From an uncultured Gammaproteobacteria bacterium (GTDB lineage: Bacteria > Pseudomonadota > Gammaproteobacteria > JABDGN01), in contig CAXBIY010000003.1 of the NCBI GenBank assembly GCA_963975985.1, positions 129,539 through 193,538 on the forward strand: DNA of 64,000 bases, read 5' to 3'. The notes beneath the pieces were generated by a model that was not told the DNA's origin, made no database searches, and worked only from the letters and a program-made list of their open reading frames with translations. Positions within the stretch are counted from its first letter, which is position 1. Every line of letters starts with the position of its first letter. Below are positions 18,974 to 28,751 of the stretch, in pieces. A program made the translations under genes and the position numbers.

Positions 18974-20550
18974 AAGACATATGCTTGATCGATATTAATG
19001 TTCTCTAAAAACAGCTTATCGTGTGATATCATTATCAACGCACCTTCGTAACAATTTAACACTTGTTCTAATGCTAAAATACTATCTAAATCTAGATGGT
19101 TTGTGGGCTCGTCGAGAATTAATAATTGTGGCGCATGTTTAGAAAGCAATACACAAGCTAAACCAGCTCTTAGTTTCTCACCGCCGCTTAATACACTAAC
19201 TAATTTGTCAGCCGCACGATTACGAAATAAGAACTGTGCTAACGCAGATCGAGTATCATTTTCTGAGGCTTCGGGATTTAAGCGCTTATAGTTCTCAACG
19301 ACTGATTGCTTAACATCGAGTGAACTGACTTGCTGGTCAACATACTGTATGCGATCAGTCCCTAATTCAACTTCACCCTGAGCTTTTAAGCGCCCAAGAA
19401 TAATATTCACTAATGTTGTTTTGCCGGCACCATTGCAGCCAGTGATAGCCAGACGCTGTGGGCCCTGCATAAGCAAGGTAATATTCTTTAGCACATCTTT
19501 TTGCTCATAAGCAAAACTCACATCATTTAATGACAGCATCATCTTTCTGGCTGGTACATGTGTATTTGGCATAACCACCTTAATTTTATCAACCACTTCT
19601 AATTTAGCTGTAGCCTCATCAAGTTGTTCTTGCGTTCTCTCGGTCCGCATGGAGTTTTGTAAGCGCATACGGTGTTGTGTTTTCTCACTACGTCCTTTCA
19701 TACCATCCAATGTTACGGTATCGAGTACTCGGTCACGCCGCATCTGTTTACCCTTCGCCACTTTCTGCTCGTGCATTTCTCTAGCATATTGAATGCTACG
19801 TGCAGTTTTACGTTGTATTTGCTTTGCATCATCTGCTTGTTGCTGTAAAGCTGCTTGCTCAATGGTTTTTTGTTGTCGGTAAAAATCAAAATTACCGCCA
19901 TAGAGCTTCATACCCAAGCTATCAAGTTCGATGAGCGCTGTCATTTGATTGAGCAATTCGCGGTTGTGACTCACCACAACTAAGGCTTTACCCCATTGCT
20001 GGATATTTTTGTAGAGCAGTTGCTTGCTTTGCGCATCCAAATTATTACTGGGCTCATCTAGCAATAATAAATCCGCATCAGACATAAAAGCTCGGCATAA
20101 GAAAATTTTGGTTTGCTCGCCGCCACTAAAATCTTGTAACGGCTTTTGAAAATCAACATCGAGCAAGCCTAATTCAGCTAACGCTAGAGCGTATCGCTGA
20201 TGCACCAACCAATCATCAGCTAAAGTTGTATAGTCTTGCGCATCATCATTGCCCGCCTCAATACGCTGTAATGCTGCTAATTTATTGGTAATACCCAATG
20301 CTCTAGCCACGCTGAATTGTTGATAAGCCGCATAGTTTTGCGAGCAGTAATGCACCATCTTGCGACGCTCAACATTACCCTCAGTTGGCAACAGCTCGCC
20401 AACAATAAGCCGTAGCAGCGTAGTTTTGCCCACACCATTACGCCCAACAATAGCTAACTTGTCAGCTGCGTTAATACTGAAATCGATATCATTTAATAAT
20501 GTTCGATCGTCTAAAGAATAAAATACGTGATGTAACTGAATAATCGCCAT
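18970..20550 (-). CDS. ABC-F family ATPase (two tandem ABC domains, no TMD; Uup/EttA-like)
   Basis: Two Walker A sites ('GRNGVGKTTLL', 'GCNGAGKTTL'), two LSGGE signatures and an inter-domain linker. Confidence 0.85.
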   Translation of the reverse strand: MAIIQLHHVFYSLDDRTLLNDIDFSINAADKLAIVGRNGVGKTTLLRLIVGELLPTEGNVERRKMVHYCSQNYAAYQQFSVARALGITNKLAALQRIEAGNDDAQDYTTLADDWLVHQRYALALAELGLLDVDFQKPLQDFSGGEQTKIFLCRAFMSDADLLLLDEPSNNLDAQSKQLLYKNIQQWGKALVVVSHNRELLNQMTALIELDSLGMKLYGGNFDFYRQQKTIEQAALQQQADDAKQIQRKTARSIQYAREMHEQKVAKGKQMRRDRVLDTVTLDGMKGRSEKTQHRMRLQNSMRTERTQEQLDEATAKLEVVDKIKVVMPNTHVPARKMMLSLNDVSFAYEQKDVLKNITLLMQGPQRLAITGCNGAGKTTLVNIILGRLKAQGEVELGTDRIQYVDQQVSSLDVKQSVVENYKRLNPEASENDTRSALAQFLFRNRAADKLVSVLSGGEKLRAGLACVLLSKHAPQLLILDEPTNHLDLDSILALEQVLNCYEGALIMISHDKLFLENINIDQAYVL

Positions 20551-20742
20551 AACAAAAACCTCTATGCTTGTGGATGTAGAAATAAGCTAAGAAAGTTTTA
20601 GTTGTTCATCGGCGCTCGCTCCTGATTGAGTGAATAGAAATAGTACAGCATAAATAGAAAATGTTCAATAACGCAATAAACCCTATTGCATTTCAGTAAT
20701 ATTTAATTTATATTTCTCCATGCATAATCAAAATAGGAAAAC

Positions 20743-21198
20743 TTGCAAATGAATACAAAGCTGATCAAATCACTGCTTTTCATGACTTCTTTAAGCTTCT
20801 TTCAAGGTGTGGCACATGCAGCACCCGATCTACAACACTACTGCCCTAGCCCTTATGGCTTAACATTTAAATCAACTAAGCAGGATATGGGTAAGGTTGA
20901 TGGCATGGGTGAAACGGCAGCTAAAAATGTACATTTTGAGAACCCGTACATGCGTTCTAAACAACACGATCCTGCTTACGTGCCAGCACCGACATTAGAT
21001 GAGCATGGTTATTTTGAGGAAAGCAAAATAGATGCTGGGCGTACAGCATATTACAACGATGGTAGCTTAACTTGTTATTATCTCTACCCAATCGCCGCTG
21101 ATCGCAGCACGATGGAGCGTTTAATCTTGATATCCGATCATCATGCTTTCCAGCAATGCGAAAATGGTCAAGTCATCGTTCGCACCGAAAATTGTTAA
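20743..21198 (+). CDS. Secreted hypothetical protein
   Basis: Signal peptide ...FFQGVAHA|AP; Cys-containing 151-aa product with no family motif. Confidence 0.4.
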   Translation: MQMNTKLIKSLLFMTSLSFFQGVAHAAPDLQHYCPSPYGLTFKSTKQDMGKVDGMGETAAKNVHFENPYMRSKQHDPAYVPAPTLDEHGYFEESKIDAGRTAYYNDGSLTCYYLYPIAADRSTMERLILISDHHAFQQCENGQVIVRTENC

Positions 21199-21298
21199 AA
21201 TTAAACCATCCCTATCAATCATTGTTTGGTGGGGATTTTATTGCAAAGCACTTATATTTACCCTATCATCGCGCCGCATCTTATATATAAGAGACAAT

Positions 21299-22474
21299 AT
21301 GCGCCAACTATCATTTTTACCCTTTTTACTACTGATTGTAGCGCTTGCGGGCGTGGGGCAAATCACTAATACTATTTATGTGCCTGCGATGCCGGCCATG
21401 GCGCGTTATTTTGTTACGACACCGAGCCATATTCAAACCGTTATGGCGGTTTATTTACTTAGCTACGGCATATCACAGTTTATTTACGGCCCACTTTCAG
21501 ACAGGCTTGGACGACGGCCGGTTGTCTTAATCGGTTTAAGTATTTACCTCACCGCAACAGTCATTGCCATATTTTCAACTAACTTTACTGAAATTGTTGT
21601 TGGCAGTTTTTTACAAGGCTGTGGTACTGGTGTTGGTGGCATGATGGCTCGCACCGCGATGCGTGATCGCTACACGGGTAAGTTGTTACAAAAAGCTAAC
21701 AGCTATGTCAGCATGGCGTTAATATTTTCACCTCTCATTGCACCTTTGTTAGGTGGCTTTTTATATCTGATAGCGGGTTGGCGATTGATCTTTATTTTCT
21801 TGTTGTTACTTGGTGCAGGTGTTTTAGCAGCACAATATTTCTTTTGCCAAGAAACTAATGTATTTAAACGCAGAACCTCTATACGTCGTGTGTTTTACAA
21901 TTACAGTCTTGCTTTGAGCCATCGGCAATTCATTTGCAATACTATAATACTCGTCGCAACGTTTAGTGGCTTCGCTGTATTTGAATCATCAGCCGGTTTG
22001 ATTTTACATCAAGCATTGCATTATACGGCTGGCATGATCAGCCTATTATTTATCGTGCCCATGCCAGCTTATATAGCGGGCTCATTTGTCGCGGCTAAAT
22101 TTAGCAATCGCGATAGCTTCAATGGCTTTATGTTAGTCGGCGTTGCCTGTTTGACAATCGGTAGCTTAAGCATGTTAGTACCCGCATTATTTGGCTACGT
22201 TAGCACCACCGCCATTTTACTACCCATCGCTATTTACATGTTTGCAGCAGGCATGCTATTCCCCACCTCAACCACACAAGCTATTATGCCTTTTCCAAAA
22301 ATGGCCGGCACTGCGGGCGCCATTTTAGGTGGAGCACAAAACATGGGCGCAGGCATATTCGCGTTAATTTCAGCTACGCTGCCACAAACCACTCAACTCC
22401 CTTTAGCGGCCATACTCTGTGCCGTTACACTCATCGTGATTGGCGCCTATTTAAGCCTAAATCGTAACAATTAA
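21299..22474 (+). CDS. MFS transporter (Bcr/CflA subfamily)
   Basis: 12 TM helices; start MRQLSFLPFLLL with AAGAGA RBS. Confidence 0.75.
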   Translation: MRQLSFLPFLLLIVALAGVGQITNTIYVPAMPAMARYFVTTPSHIQTVMAVYLLSYGISQFIYGPLSDRLGRRPVVLIGLSIYLTATVIAIFSTNFTEIVVGSFLQGCGTGVGGMMARTAMRDRYTGKLLQKANSYVSMALIFSPLIAPLLGGFLYLIAGWRLIFIFLLLLGAGVLAAQYFFCQETNVFKRRTSIRRVFYNYSLALSHRQFICNTIILVATFSGFAVFESSAGLILHQALHYTAGMISLLFIVPMPAYIAGSFVAAKFSNRDSFNGFMLVGVACLTIGSLSMLVPALFGYVSTTAILLPIAIYMFAAGMLFPTSTTQAIMPFPKMAGTAGAILGGAQNMGAGIFALISATLPQTTQLPLAAILCAVTLIVIGAYLSLNRNN

Positions 22475-22607
22475 GCCCTCTTTACACGCATTTTACATTC
22501 TATAATCATTCAACTAACATTATTTCGGTTAATATAGCGCCAAATTATTGACTACAACAGTGGTTATTGGATAATGCCACTAGTCAAATCAATGAGAGGA
22601 AGCCTTT

Positions 22608-23474
22608 ATGTCAATCGTGAGAATTGTAATAGCGTTTTTTGCACTATTAAGCTTAACTGCCTGTGTACATCATTTATCAGAATCAGAATGTTTACACACT
22701 AACTGGCAAACTGTCGGTGAGCAAGATGGCACGCAAGGTAAACCCAAGAAAGATTTCTCCGGCTACATTGCTGATTGCGCAAAATACAATTTGACGATTA
22801 ACACACAATCTTATAATCAAGGTTATGCACAGGGTATCAAAGAATACTGTACCCCAACACAGGCATTAGGTTTGCAAGCCGGTCAAGGTGGCGCTCCCGT
22901 TGCCGAGATTCAAGCACGTGAAACAGCTTGTGCTGCCGTACATTTATCACTTAGCTTAAAAGATTTTGATATCGGTTATAACAAAGGCATCACGCAATAT
23001 TGCACTAAAGCTCAAGGGCAGCAAGATGCTATTGCCGGCAAAATCGCCAGCCTTGCTTGTGCAACTAAACATATAACGGCTTATACAGACGGATATAATG
23101 CCGGTGCAGCTCAAGCTTGTAGCAATGTATCAACCGCAACTGAATTAGGTAAAGCCGGCAACGCCTACCCTAATGAATGTGATGTGAGCAAATTTCCACT
23201 ATTTAAAAAAGCTTATGACCACGGCGTTGTCTTGAAGCAAAACATTGATAACATCCAAAATCAATTGGATCAAGTTAACTCTGGCGTTAGCAACATGGAA
23301 AATCAATATCACTTCACACTTTCTCCCAATGGTGGCGTCAATTATGACTCTGGAAAATATCCTTCTGGCGAGACGACAGGAAGCATGCTCAGTTTGATGG
23401 CACAATACCAAGACCTACGTACCCAACAAACTGCTTTACAAAATAAACTTAAAGTAGCGCAAGCTGCGACTTAA
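22608..23474 (+). CDS. Lipoprotein with three internal 'GY..G...YC' repeats (DUF2799-like N-terminus)
   Basis: Lipobox LSLTAC; 'C...NW...G..DG..G' motif followed by three ~50-aa Cys-containing repeats; predicted TTGACT-N16-GATAAT promoter upstream. Confidence 0.45.
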   Translation: MSIVRIVIAFFALLSLTACVHHLSESECLHTNWQTVGEQDGTQGKPKKDFSGYIADCAKYNLTINTQSYNQGYAQGIKEYCTPTQALGLQAGQGGAPVAEIQARETACAAVHLSLSLKDFDIGYNKGITQYCTKAQGQQDAIAGKIASLACATKHITAYTDGYNAGAAQACSNVSTATELGKAGNAYPNECDVSKFPLFKKAYDHGVVLKQNIDNIQNQLDQVNSGVSNMENQYHFTLSPNGGVNYDSGKYPSGETTGSMLSLMAQYQDLRTQQTALQNKLKVAQAAT

Positions 23475-23490
23475 ACTAGGAGAGTTAAAC

Positions 23491-24531
23491 ATGAAAAAAC
23501 TCACAAGTATTTTAATTTTATGTGCCAGCTTAATCATGCTGCCATTTGTCAGCAATGCCGCCCCTCAACCCGTCACGGGCGATACGGGGATGCCAACAAT
23601 TGCGGTCTTGAACTTCACTATCACACATCAAGTAATGCAGATGTATTATCAAAATGTAGAATACAAGGACATGCATGGAAAAAAGAAGCATGGCCAACAC
23701 GGTACTCGTTACAATGAAAGCAACACGGCTAAATACAAACAAGAGTATGATGAAGCTACTAGCTCGATGACTAACAGCATCACGAACTATTTAGTGCAAA
23801 GCCATAAATTCAATGTGGTCGAGCGCAATAAAGTTCAACAAGTGGCTGACGAATTAAATTTTAACGACTCGCAATATGTGTCACCACAAAATGCCGTTAA
23901 AATTGGTCACATGCTTGGCGCTGATTATTTAGTGATGGGTAGCATCGAAAACATTGATGTGCGCCATGAGAAAGACAGCAACCCTTACATGCAAGATGGT
24001 GAGTTAATGTACCACGGTGCGTTAGCCATCAATGTGCAAGTTGTCGATACTAAGAGCGGACAAATCGTTGCTTCATATCCTGTTCAAGTGCAAAAGAAAC
24101 TGTATCCACACAGCGATAAGATTATGAATAAGTCATTGTTCTTGAATCAGCTAAAAGATAAAGCAGCACAACAAGCCACTAACGATATATTACAAGCCAT
24201 CTTCCCGCTGCAAATTATGCAAGTGCAGGGTAAGCAAGTATTTATCAATCGCGGCACAGGTGCTGACTTTAAAGTTGGCAGCATCATGACGGTTTATAAA
24301 ACGGGCAAAGCCTTAGTTGACCCTGACACAGGCAATAGCCTTGGTGTCACTAAAAGCAAAATTGGCACAGTGAAAATCACACAAATCCAAACTAAATATT
24401 CTACCGCTTCAATTTTGACGGGCGATGCAACGCAGATGCAAGGTGCAGTGGTTGAGTTAACGGATAAAAACCCTGATACCAATAAACAACCCATGTCACC
24501 AGGCTCTAGCCCTAAACCGATTCAATGGTAA
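23491..24531 (+). CDS. CsgG/LpoB-fold family lipoprotein with extra C-terminal beta-rich domain
   Basis: 'KFNVVERNKVQQVADELNF...IGHMLGADYLVMGSIENI' matches the CsgG-family core; signal peptide. Confidence 0.5.
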   Translation: MKKLTSILILCASLIMLPFVSNAAPQPVTGDTGMPTIAVLNFTITHQVMQMYYQNVEYKDMHGKKKHGQHGTRYNESNTAKYKQEYDEATSSMTNSITNYLVQSHKFNVVERNKVQQVADELNFNDSQYVSPQNAVKIGHMLGADYLVMGSIENIDVRHEKDSNPYMQDGELMYHGALAINVQVVDTKSGQIVASYPVQVQKKLYPHSDKIMNKSLFLNQLKDKAAQQATNDILQAIFPLQIMQVQGKQVFINRGTGADFKVGSIMTVYKTGKALVDPDTGNSLGVTKSKIGTVKITQIQTKYSTASILTGDATQMQGAVVELTDKNPDTNKQPMSPGSSPKPIQW

Positions 24532-24534
24532 TCC

Positions 24535-25938
24535 ATGTTGAAACAGTTATCGCTTAATCTATTGTCCATCCTGCTAGTGTCTTTACTAGCAGGTTGTTCG
24601 ATGTCGAGCACCTTTAATGCTTACCCCAATCAAGCAAAACCCATGCGCGCGGATATTGCGAAAGGCAAGTTCCAAGATGCGGCTGATCGGGTTAAATCTA
24701 AAACTGATACGAATGATAAAATCTTATACCTAATGGAATACGGTCGGATTGAACAACTTGCAGGCAATTTCACGCAAAGCCGCGACATCTACACGCAAGC
24801 CATTGCTAATGTCGATGCGCTGCAACAAAAAGCTAAAATTACTGCAACAGGTATGTTTGACCAAAGCGCTGCCCTGCTAGTCAACGACAATGCTATTCCT
24901 TACCAGGGCTACCCTTATGAATATATTTTACTACATCAATACCAAGCGCTGAACTATGTTGCTTTAGGTGATGTGTCTGGTGCATTAGTTGAAGTGCGCC
25001 GTGCTGATGAAGAGCAAAGCTATACGCAGCAGCTGAATCAAAAGACCTTAGCCGCAGCTGACGCAAAAGCCAAAAAAGAATCCATTAACAACAACGTTGA
25101 CTTCAACCAAAAACAATTCCAACAAATGAATGCTGCAGCCGCTGCTGTTAAAAATCAATATTTAGATGCTTACAGTTATTATTTTGGTGGCCTGATGTTT
25201 GAAGCAACAGGCAGTAGTAATAATGCTTATGTCGCGTACAAACAAGCCTTGTCGATTTCACCTAGCAACCCTTATCTGCAACAAAATGTTTTACGCTTGG
25301 GCAAACAATTAAGCATGCCGGATTTTACGCGTTACCAAAAAACTTATCCGCAAACGATTATTAACCCTAAACCGAACCAAGGTAAAATTGCCATCATTTT
25401 TGAGCAAGGCTTTATTCCGTTGCGTAAAGCATTCAATTTACCACTACCCATTAATGGTTCTGGCATTGTGCCCATATCCATGCCCTACTATGCTGACCGA
25501 CACTTCCCAACACCTGCATTGCTAGTGAGCCAAGGTAAAGAGACGCTTGGCAAAACATCGGCTATTTTGAATTTACAAAACTTATCGGCCCGAGCCTTGA
25601 AAGATGAGTATCCGGTATTGGTCGTGCGAGCTATTTTACGCTTTGCCGCCAAAGCCACCATGGAACACTCCGCACAAAAGAATGCCGGCGATGTAGGCGG
25701 CATTGTTGCCAACCTTTACACTGTTTTTAGTAGTGGTGCGGATTTGAGAACTTGGTCTACCCTGCCTAATGATGTACAAATCATGCAAGCTTACGTAAAT
25801 GCAGGTGAACAATCGCTCACTTTGTCATATAATGGCAAGCGACAGACCATGCCCGTTAAAGTCACTAAAGGCCAAACGGTGCTAGTTTGGGTGGTGGCTT
25901 ATCCAACCCGTTTGGCAACCAATGTTTTTCCACTATAA
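24535..25938 (+). CDS. Lipoprotein, TPR-like helical (uncharacterised, CsgG-associated type)
   Basis: Lipobox LLAGC; helical repeats; 4-nt gap from the upstream gene. Confidence 0.4.
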   Translation: MLKQLSLNLLSILLVSLLAGCSMSSTFNAYPNQAKPMRADIAKGKFQDAADRVKSKTDTNDKILYLMEYGRIEQLAGNFTQSRDIYTQAIANVDALQQKAKITATGMFDQSAALLVNDNAIPYQGYPYEYILLHQYQALNYVALGDVSGALVEVRRADEEQSYTQQLNQKTLAAADAKAKKESINNNVDFNQKQFQQMNAAAAAVKNQYLDAYSYYFGGLMFEATGSSNNAYVAYKQALSISPSNPYLQQNVLRLGKQLSMPDFTRYQKTYPQTIINPKPNQGKIAIIFEQGFIPLRKAFNLPLPINGSGIVPISMPYYADRHFPTPALLVSQGKETLGKTSAILNLQNLSARALKDEYPVLVVRAILRFAAKATMEHSAQKNAGDVGGIVANLYTVFSSGADLRTWSTLPNDVQIMQAYVNAGEQSLTLSYNGKRQTMPVKVTKGQTVLVWVVAYPTRLATNVFPL

Positions 25939-25947
25939 GGACTGATA

Positions 25948-26337
25948 ATGAAACTGAAATCACTATTATTAACTCTCATGACTATCATACTCGGCAGCTT
26001 TCTGTTGAGCAGCTGTGGTTGTAGCTATTCAGAAGCCAGCATGCCATTAGGGCAAACCGTTGCAAAAATCAATGAAAAAGCTGACTTCACTACCATTACC
26101 GAATTGCGTAGCCGTGAAATTGGCAATGTCCTCAACGCCAGTGCTAGCATCAAAAGCAACAGCGTCGACAACAAAATGCTAAGTTACCGCTTCACATGGT
26201 TCGACAAAGATGGCTTCCAAGTTGGTACACCCGGCCCCTGGACACCGATTTCACTCACCGCTGGTTCTAACACGCAAGTACAAGGTACTGCACCTAACCC
26301 CAGCGCCAAAACTTTTAAACTTAATGTTTGTGCATAG
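25948..26337 (+). CDS. ycfL: YcfL-like lipoprotein (DUF1425)
   Basis: Lipobox LLSSCG; 'YRFTWFDKDGFQV' matches the E. coli YcfL 'YRFYWYDAQG' core; lies directly upstream of lpoB as in E. coli. Confidence 0.6.
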   Translation: MKLKSLLLTLMTIILGSFLLSSCGCSYSEASMPLGQTVAKINEKADFTTITELRSREIGNVLNASASIKSNSVDNKMLSYRFTWFDKDGFQVGTPGPWTPISLTAGSNTQVQGTAPNPSAKTFKLNVCA

Positions 26338-26348
26338 GAGACAACACA

Positions 26349-26927
26349 ATGAAAATCTTTAAAACCCTAACCGCTATCGTGTTTGCTAGTAGCTTGCTTG
26401 TCGCTTGCTCTGGTGGCGTACAATACACAGATCCCGGCGCAGTAGACACAACAGGCTTAGGCTTTGGCTCTACTGACTTACAAACAACCGTGCAAACAAT
26501 GGTGTCAGGTTTATTAACCTTCCCACCGGTTGTGCAGTTAACCAGTAAAGAGCGTCCCATATTATTTGTTGCCGGTGTTAAAAACACGACTAACCAACAA
26601 ATCAATACCGATATGATTAACAACATGATGATGACGCAATTGATTCAATCAGGTAAATTCCGCTTCACCGATATGTCTGTAGTGAAAAAAATGCGTGATC
26701 AGTTAAACTATCAGAGCGACAGCGGTAATGTTGATCCACAAAGTGTTATTAAAATCGGCCAACAAGTCGGTGCTCAATACATGCTATACGGTAGCGTAAG
26801 TGCAATTGAAAAATCTGGCGATGGCAAAACATCCATGTACTTCCTAGTCAGCATGCGTTTAATGAATATTAAAACGGGTATTGTTGAATGGGCGGATCAA
26901 AAACAGATTCGTAAAGTTCAAAGTTAG
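26349..26927 (+). CDS. lpoB: Penicillin-binding protein activator LpoB (copy 1)
   Basis: Lipobox LVACSG; 'SGKFRFTDMSVVKKMRDQLNYQSDSGNVDPQSVIKIGQQVGAQYMLYGSVSA' parallels E. coli LpoB 'NGKFTLVSAQQLSMAKQQLGLSPQDSLGTRSKAIGIARNVGAHYVLYSSASG'. Confidence 0.7.
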   Translation: MKIFKTLTAIVFASSLLVACSGGVQYTDPGAVDTTGLGFGSTDLQTTVQTMVSGLLTFPPVVQLTSKERPILFVAGVKNTTNQQINTDMINNMMMTQLIQSGKFRFTDMSVVKKMRDQLNYQSDSGNVDPQSVIKIGQQVGAQYMLYGSVSAIEKSGDGKTSMYFLVSMRLMNIKTGIVEWADQKQIRKVQS

Positions 26928-26972
26928 TATTAATTCCTTCTCCGTTTGCCGAAGAAGGAATATAATTGAAAT

Positions 26973-27082
26973 GTAGGGTGGATAAAAATTCGTGCGAAGC
27001 ACTGAACTATCCACCAGCGGTCTATCATCAAGCACTGCTGGTGGATATGTCCGGCTTTCAGCCGAACTTTTATCCACCCTAC
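26973..27082. repeat. MITE-like palindromic element (copy 3) between the two lpoB paralogs
   Basis: 110 bp with both TIRs intact; it creates a spurious in-frame N-terminal extension of the next ORF. Confidence 0.7.
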
Positions 27083-27115
27083 TTAGTTGTGAGCATTAAT
27101 TCTAGAGGTTCGATC

Positions 27116-27712
27116 ATGAAATCATTAAAACTATTACTCATCATCCTAACAAGCGCTATCCTAATCAGTGCGTGCTCCAGCAACACCCGCTATACTGACC
27201 CTGGTGCAGTCGATACCACCAGTACTGACTTCAGCTCAACTGACTTACAAACCACCACGAAGAAAATGGTGTCAGGTTTATTAACCTTCCCACCCATTGT
27301 GAAACTCACAGCAAAAGAGCGCCCAATTCTATTTGTCGACCAAATCCAAAACAACACTGATGAACACATTGACACCAATAACTTAAGTAATATGGTGATG
27401 ACCGAACTCACACAGTCTGGCAAATTTCGCTTCGTTGATATGTCGCAAGTAAAAGCGGTACACAACCAACTGAGCTATCAACGTGACAGTGGTTTAGTCG
27501 ATCAAAAAACAGCCATAAAAGTCGGCCACCAACTCGGCGCACAGTTCATGCTATACGGTAGCATCAGCAACATCGTGCAGCGTAACAGCTCACAAAAATC
27601 CGTTTACTTTTTAATTACTATGAAACTATTGAACCTGCAGACCGGCATCGTCGAATGGGCCGATCAAAAGCAGATTCGGAAAGTGCAGAAGCGGGCTACA
27701 TTTGGCTGGTAA
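27116..27712 (+). CDS. lpoB: Penicillin-binding protein activator LpoB (copy 2, tandem paralog)
   Basis: Lipobox LISACSS; collinear with copy 1 along its whole length; AGAGG RBS at the true start 27116. Confidence 0.7.
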   Translation: MKSLKLLLIILTSAILISACSSNTRYTDPGAVDTTSTDFSSTDLQTTTKKMVSGLLTFPPIVKLTAKERPILFVDQIQNNTDEHIDTNNLSNMVMTELTQSGKFRFVDMSQVKAVHNQLSYQRDSGLVDQKTAIKVGHQLGAQFMLYGSISNIVQRNSSQKSVYFLITMKLLNLQTGIVEWADQKQIRKVQKRATFGW

Positions 27713-28597
27713 TCACTGCTGGGAAAAATAGGCTTTCACAGTTTCGATGAAGACTTTCGTTTTCATCGGCAAATATTCACGGTCAGGATACATGGCATAA
27801 AGCGGATGTTCAGCCATGTGGTAATCAGGCAAGCATCGAACCAACTCACCACTCACCAAGTAATCTTCAATCATATAATCTGGCAGCATCATCATATGTG
27901 TACCGCTCAGCACGCTTTGCAAAATCACTTGCGAATCATTAGTGACTAAATTACCGTTGACTTCGACAAGAGTTGGCTTGTCATGTTTGATAAAGATTAA
28001 TTGCTGTAAACGTTTGTTGTTGGTATAGGTGCAACAATTATGTTGCGTTAAATCATCGGGTGTTTTTGGTGTGCCGTGTTTTGCTAAATACCCGGGTGTT
28101 GCAACCAGCGATGTTGTTAGCGAAGTGATTTGTCGAGCAATAAGATTTGAGTCGTTCAAATTGGCGCTGCGAAATGCTAAATCAAAACCTTCATTTACAA
28201 TATCGACTTGTCGTTGCTCGGTTTCAAGTGAAATGGTTAACTCAGGGTGTTCGGCTAGTAGGCTTGTGATAACGGCTGTGAGCTGTCGAGCTAAACCGGG
28301 CGCCATCGTCACACGTAATCGCCCTTTTACTTTACCCTGCATATCAGCCATGGCTTCGTAGGCAGCATTGGCGCCTTCGAGTATGGTTTTGGCATGCTGG
28401 TAGAATAAGGTACCAGCCTCTGTGAGGTTTAAGCTGCGGGTGCTGCGTTGTATTAACTTGACCTTTAGCTCATCTTCTAACTTACTGATTTTCTTACTGA
28501 TAAATGATTTTGATACATTTAGGCGCTCACCAGCCTTGGAAAAGCTACCCGCTTCCACTACTGCTGCAAATATTTCCATTTCATTCATCATTCTCAC
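27713..28597 (-). CDS. LysR-family transcriptional regulator
   Basis: N-terminal HTH 'FAAVVEAGSFSKAGERLNVSKSFISKKISKLE'; divergent from an MFS gene. Confidence 0.8.
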   Translation of the reverse strand: MRMMNEMEIFAAVVEAGSFSKAGERLNVSKSFISKKISKLEDELKVKLIQRSTRSLNLTEAGTLFYQHAKTILEGANAAYEAMADMQGKVKGRLRVTMAPGLARQLTAVITSLLAEHPELTISLETEQRQVDIVNEGFDLAFRSANLNDSNLIARQITSLTTSLVATPGYLAKHGTPKTPDDLTQHNCCTYTNNKRLQQLIFIKHDKPTLVEVNGNLVTNDSQVILQSVLSGTHMMMLPDYMIEDYLVSGELVRCLPDYHMAEHPLYAMYPDREYLPMKTKVFIETVKAYFSQQ

Positions 28598-28751
28598 AGA
28601 ATACCACCATTATTGTTTCCATATGGAAACACATGGTTTAATTATAGCCACTTCTGCTAATAATGAAAGAGGGTTATACTGGCTTTGGAAACTTAGAAGA
28701 TGGTTAGGGATTCCCGCAACACGGGAACCACATTATTAAAAGGAACAAACC

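Noticed and set aside
26859-27077. ORFs 26859..27077(-) and 33064..33309(-) with 'YPPAVLD' peptides
   Set aside because: Generated by the palindromic MITE copies; same peptide from different copies shows they are repeat-derived, not genes.
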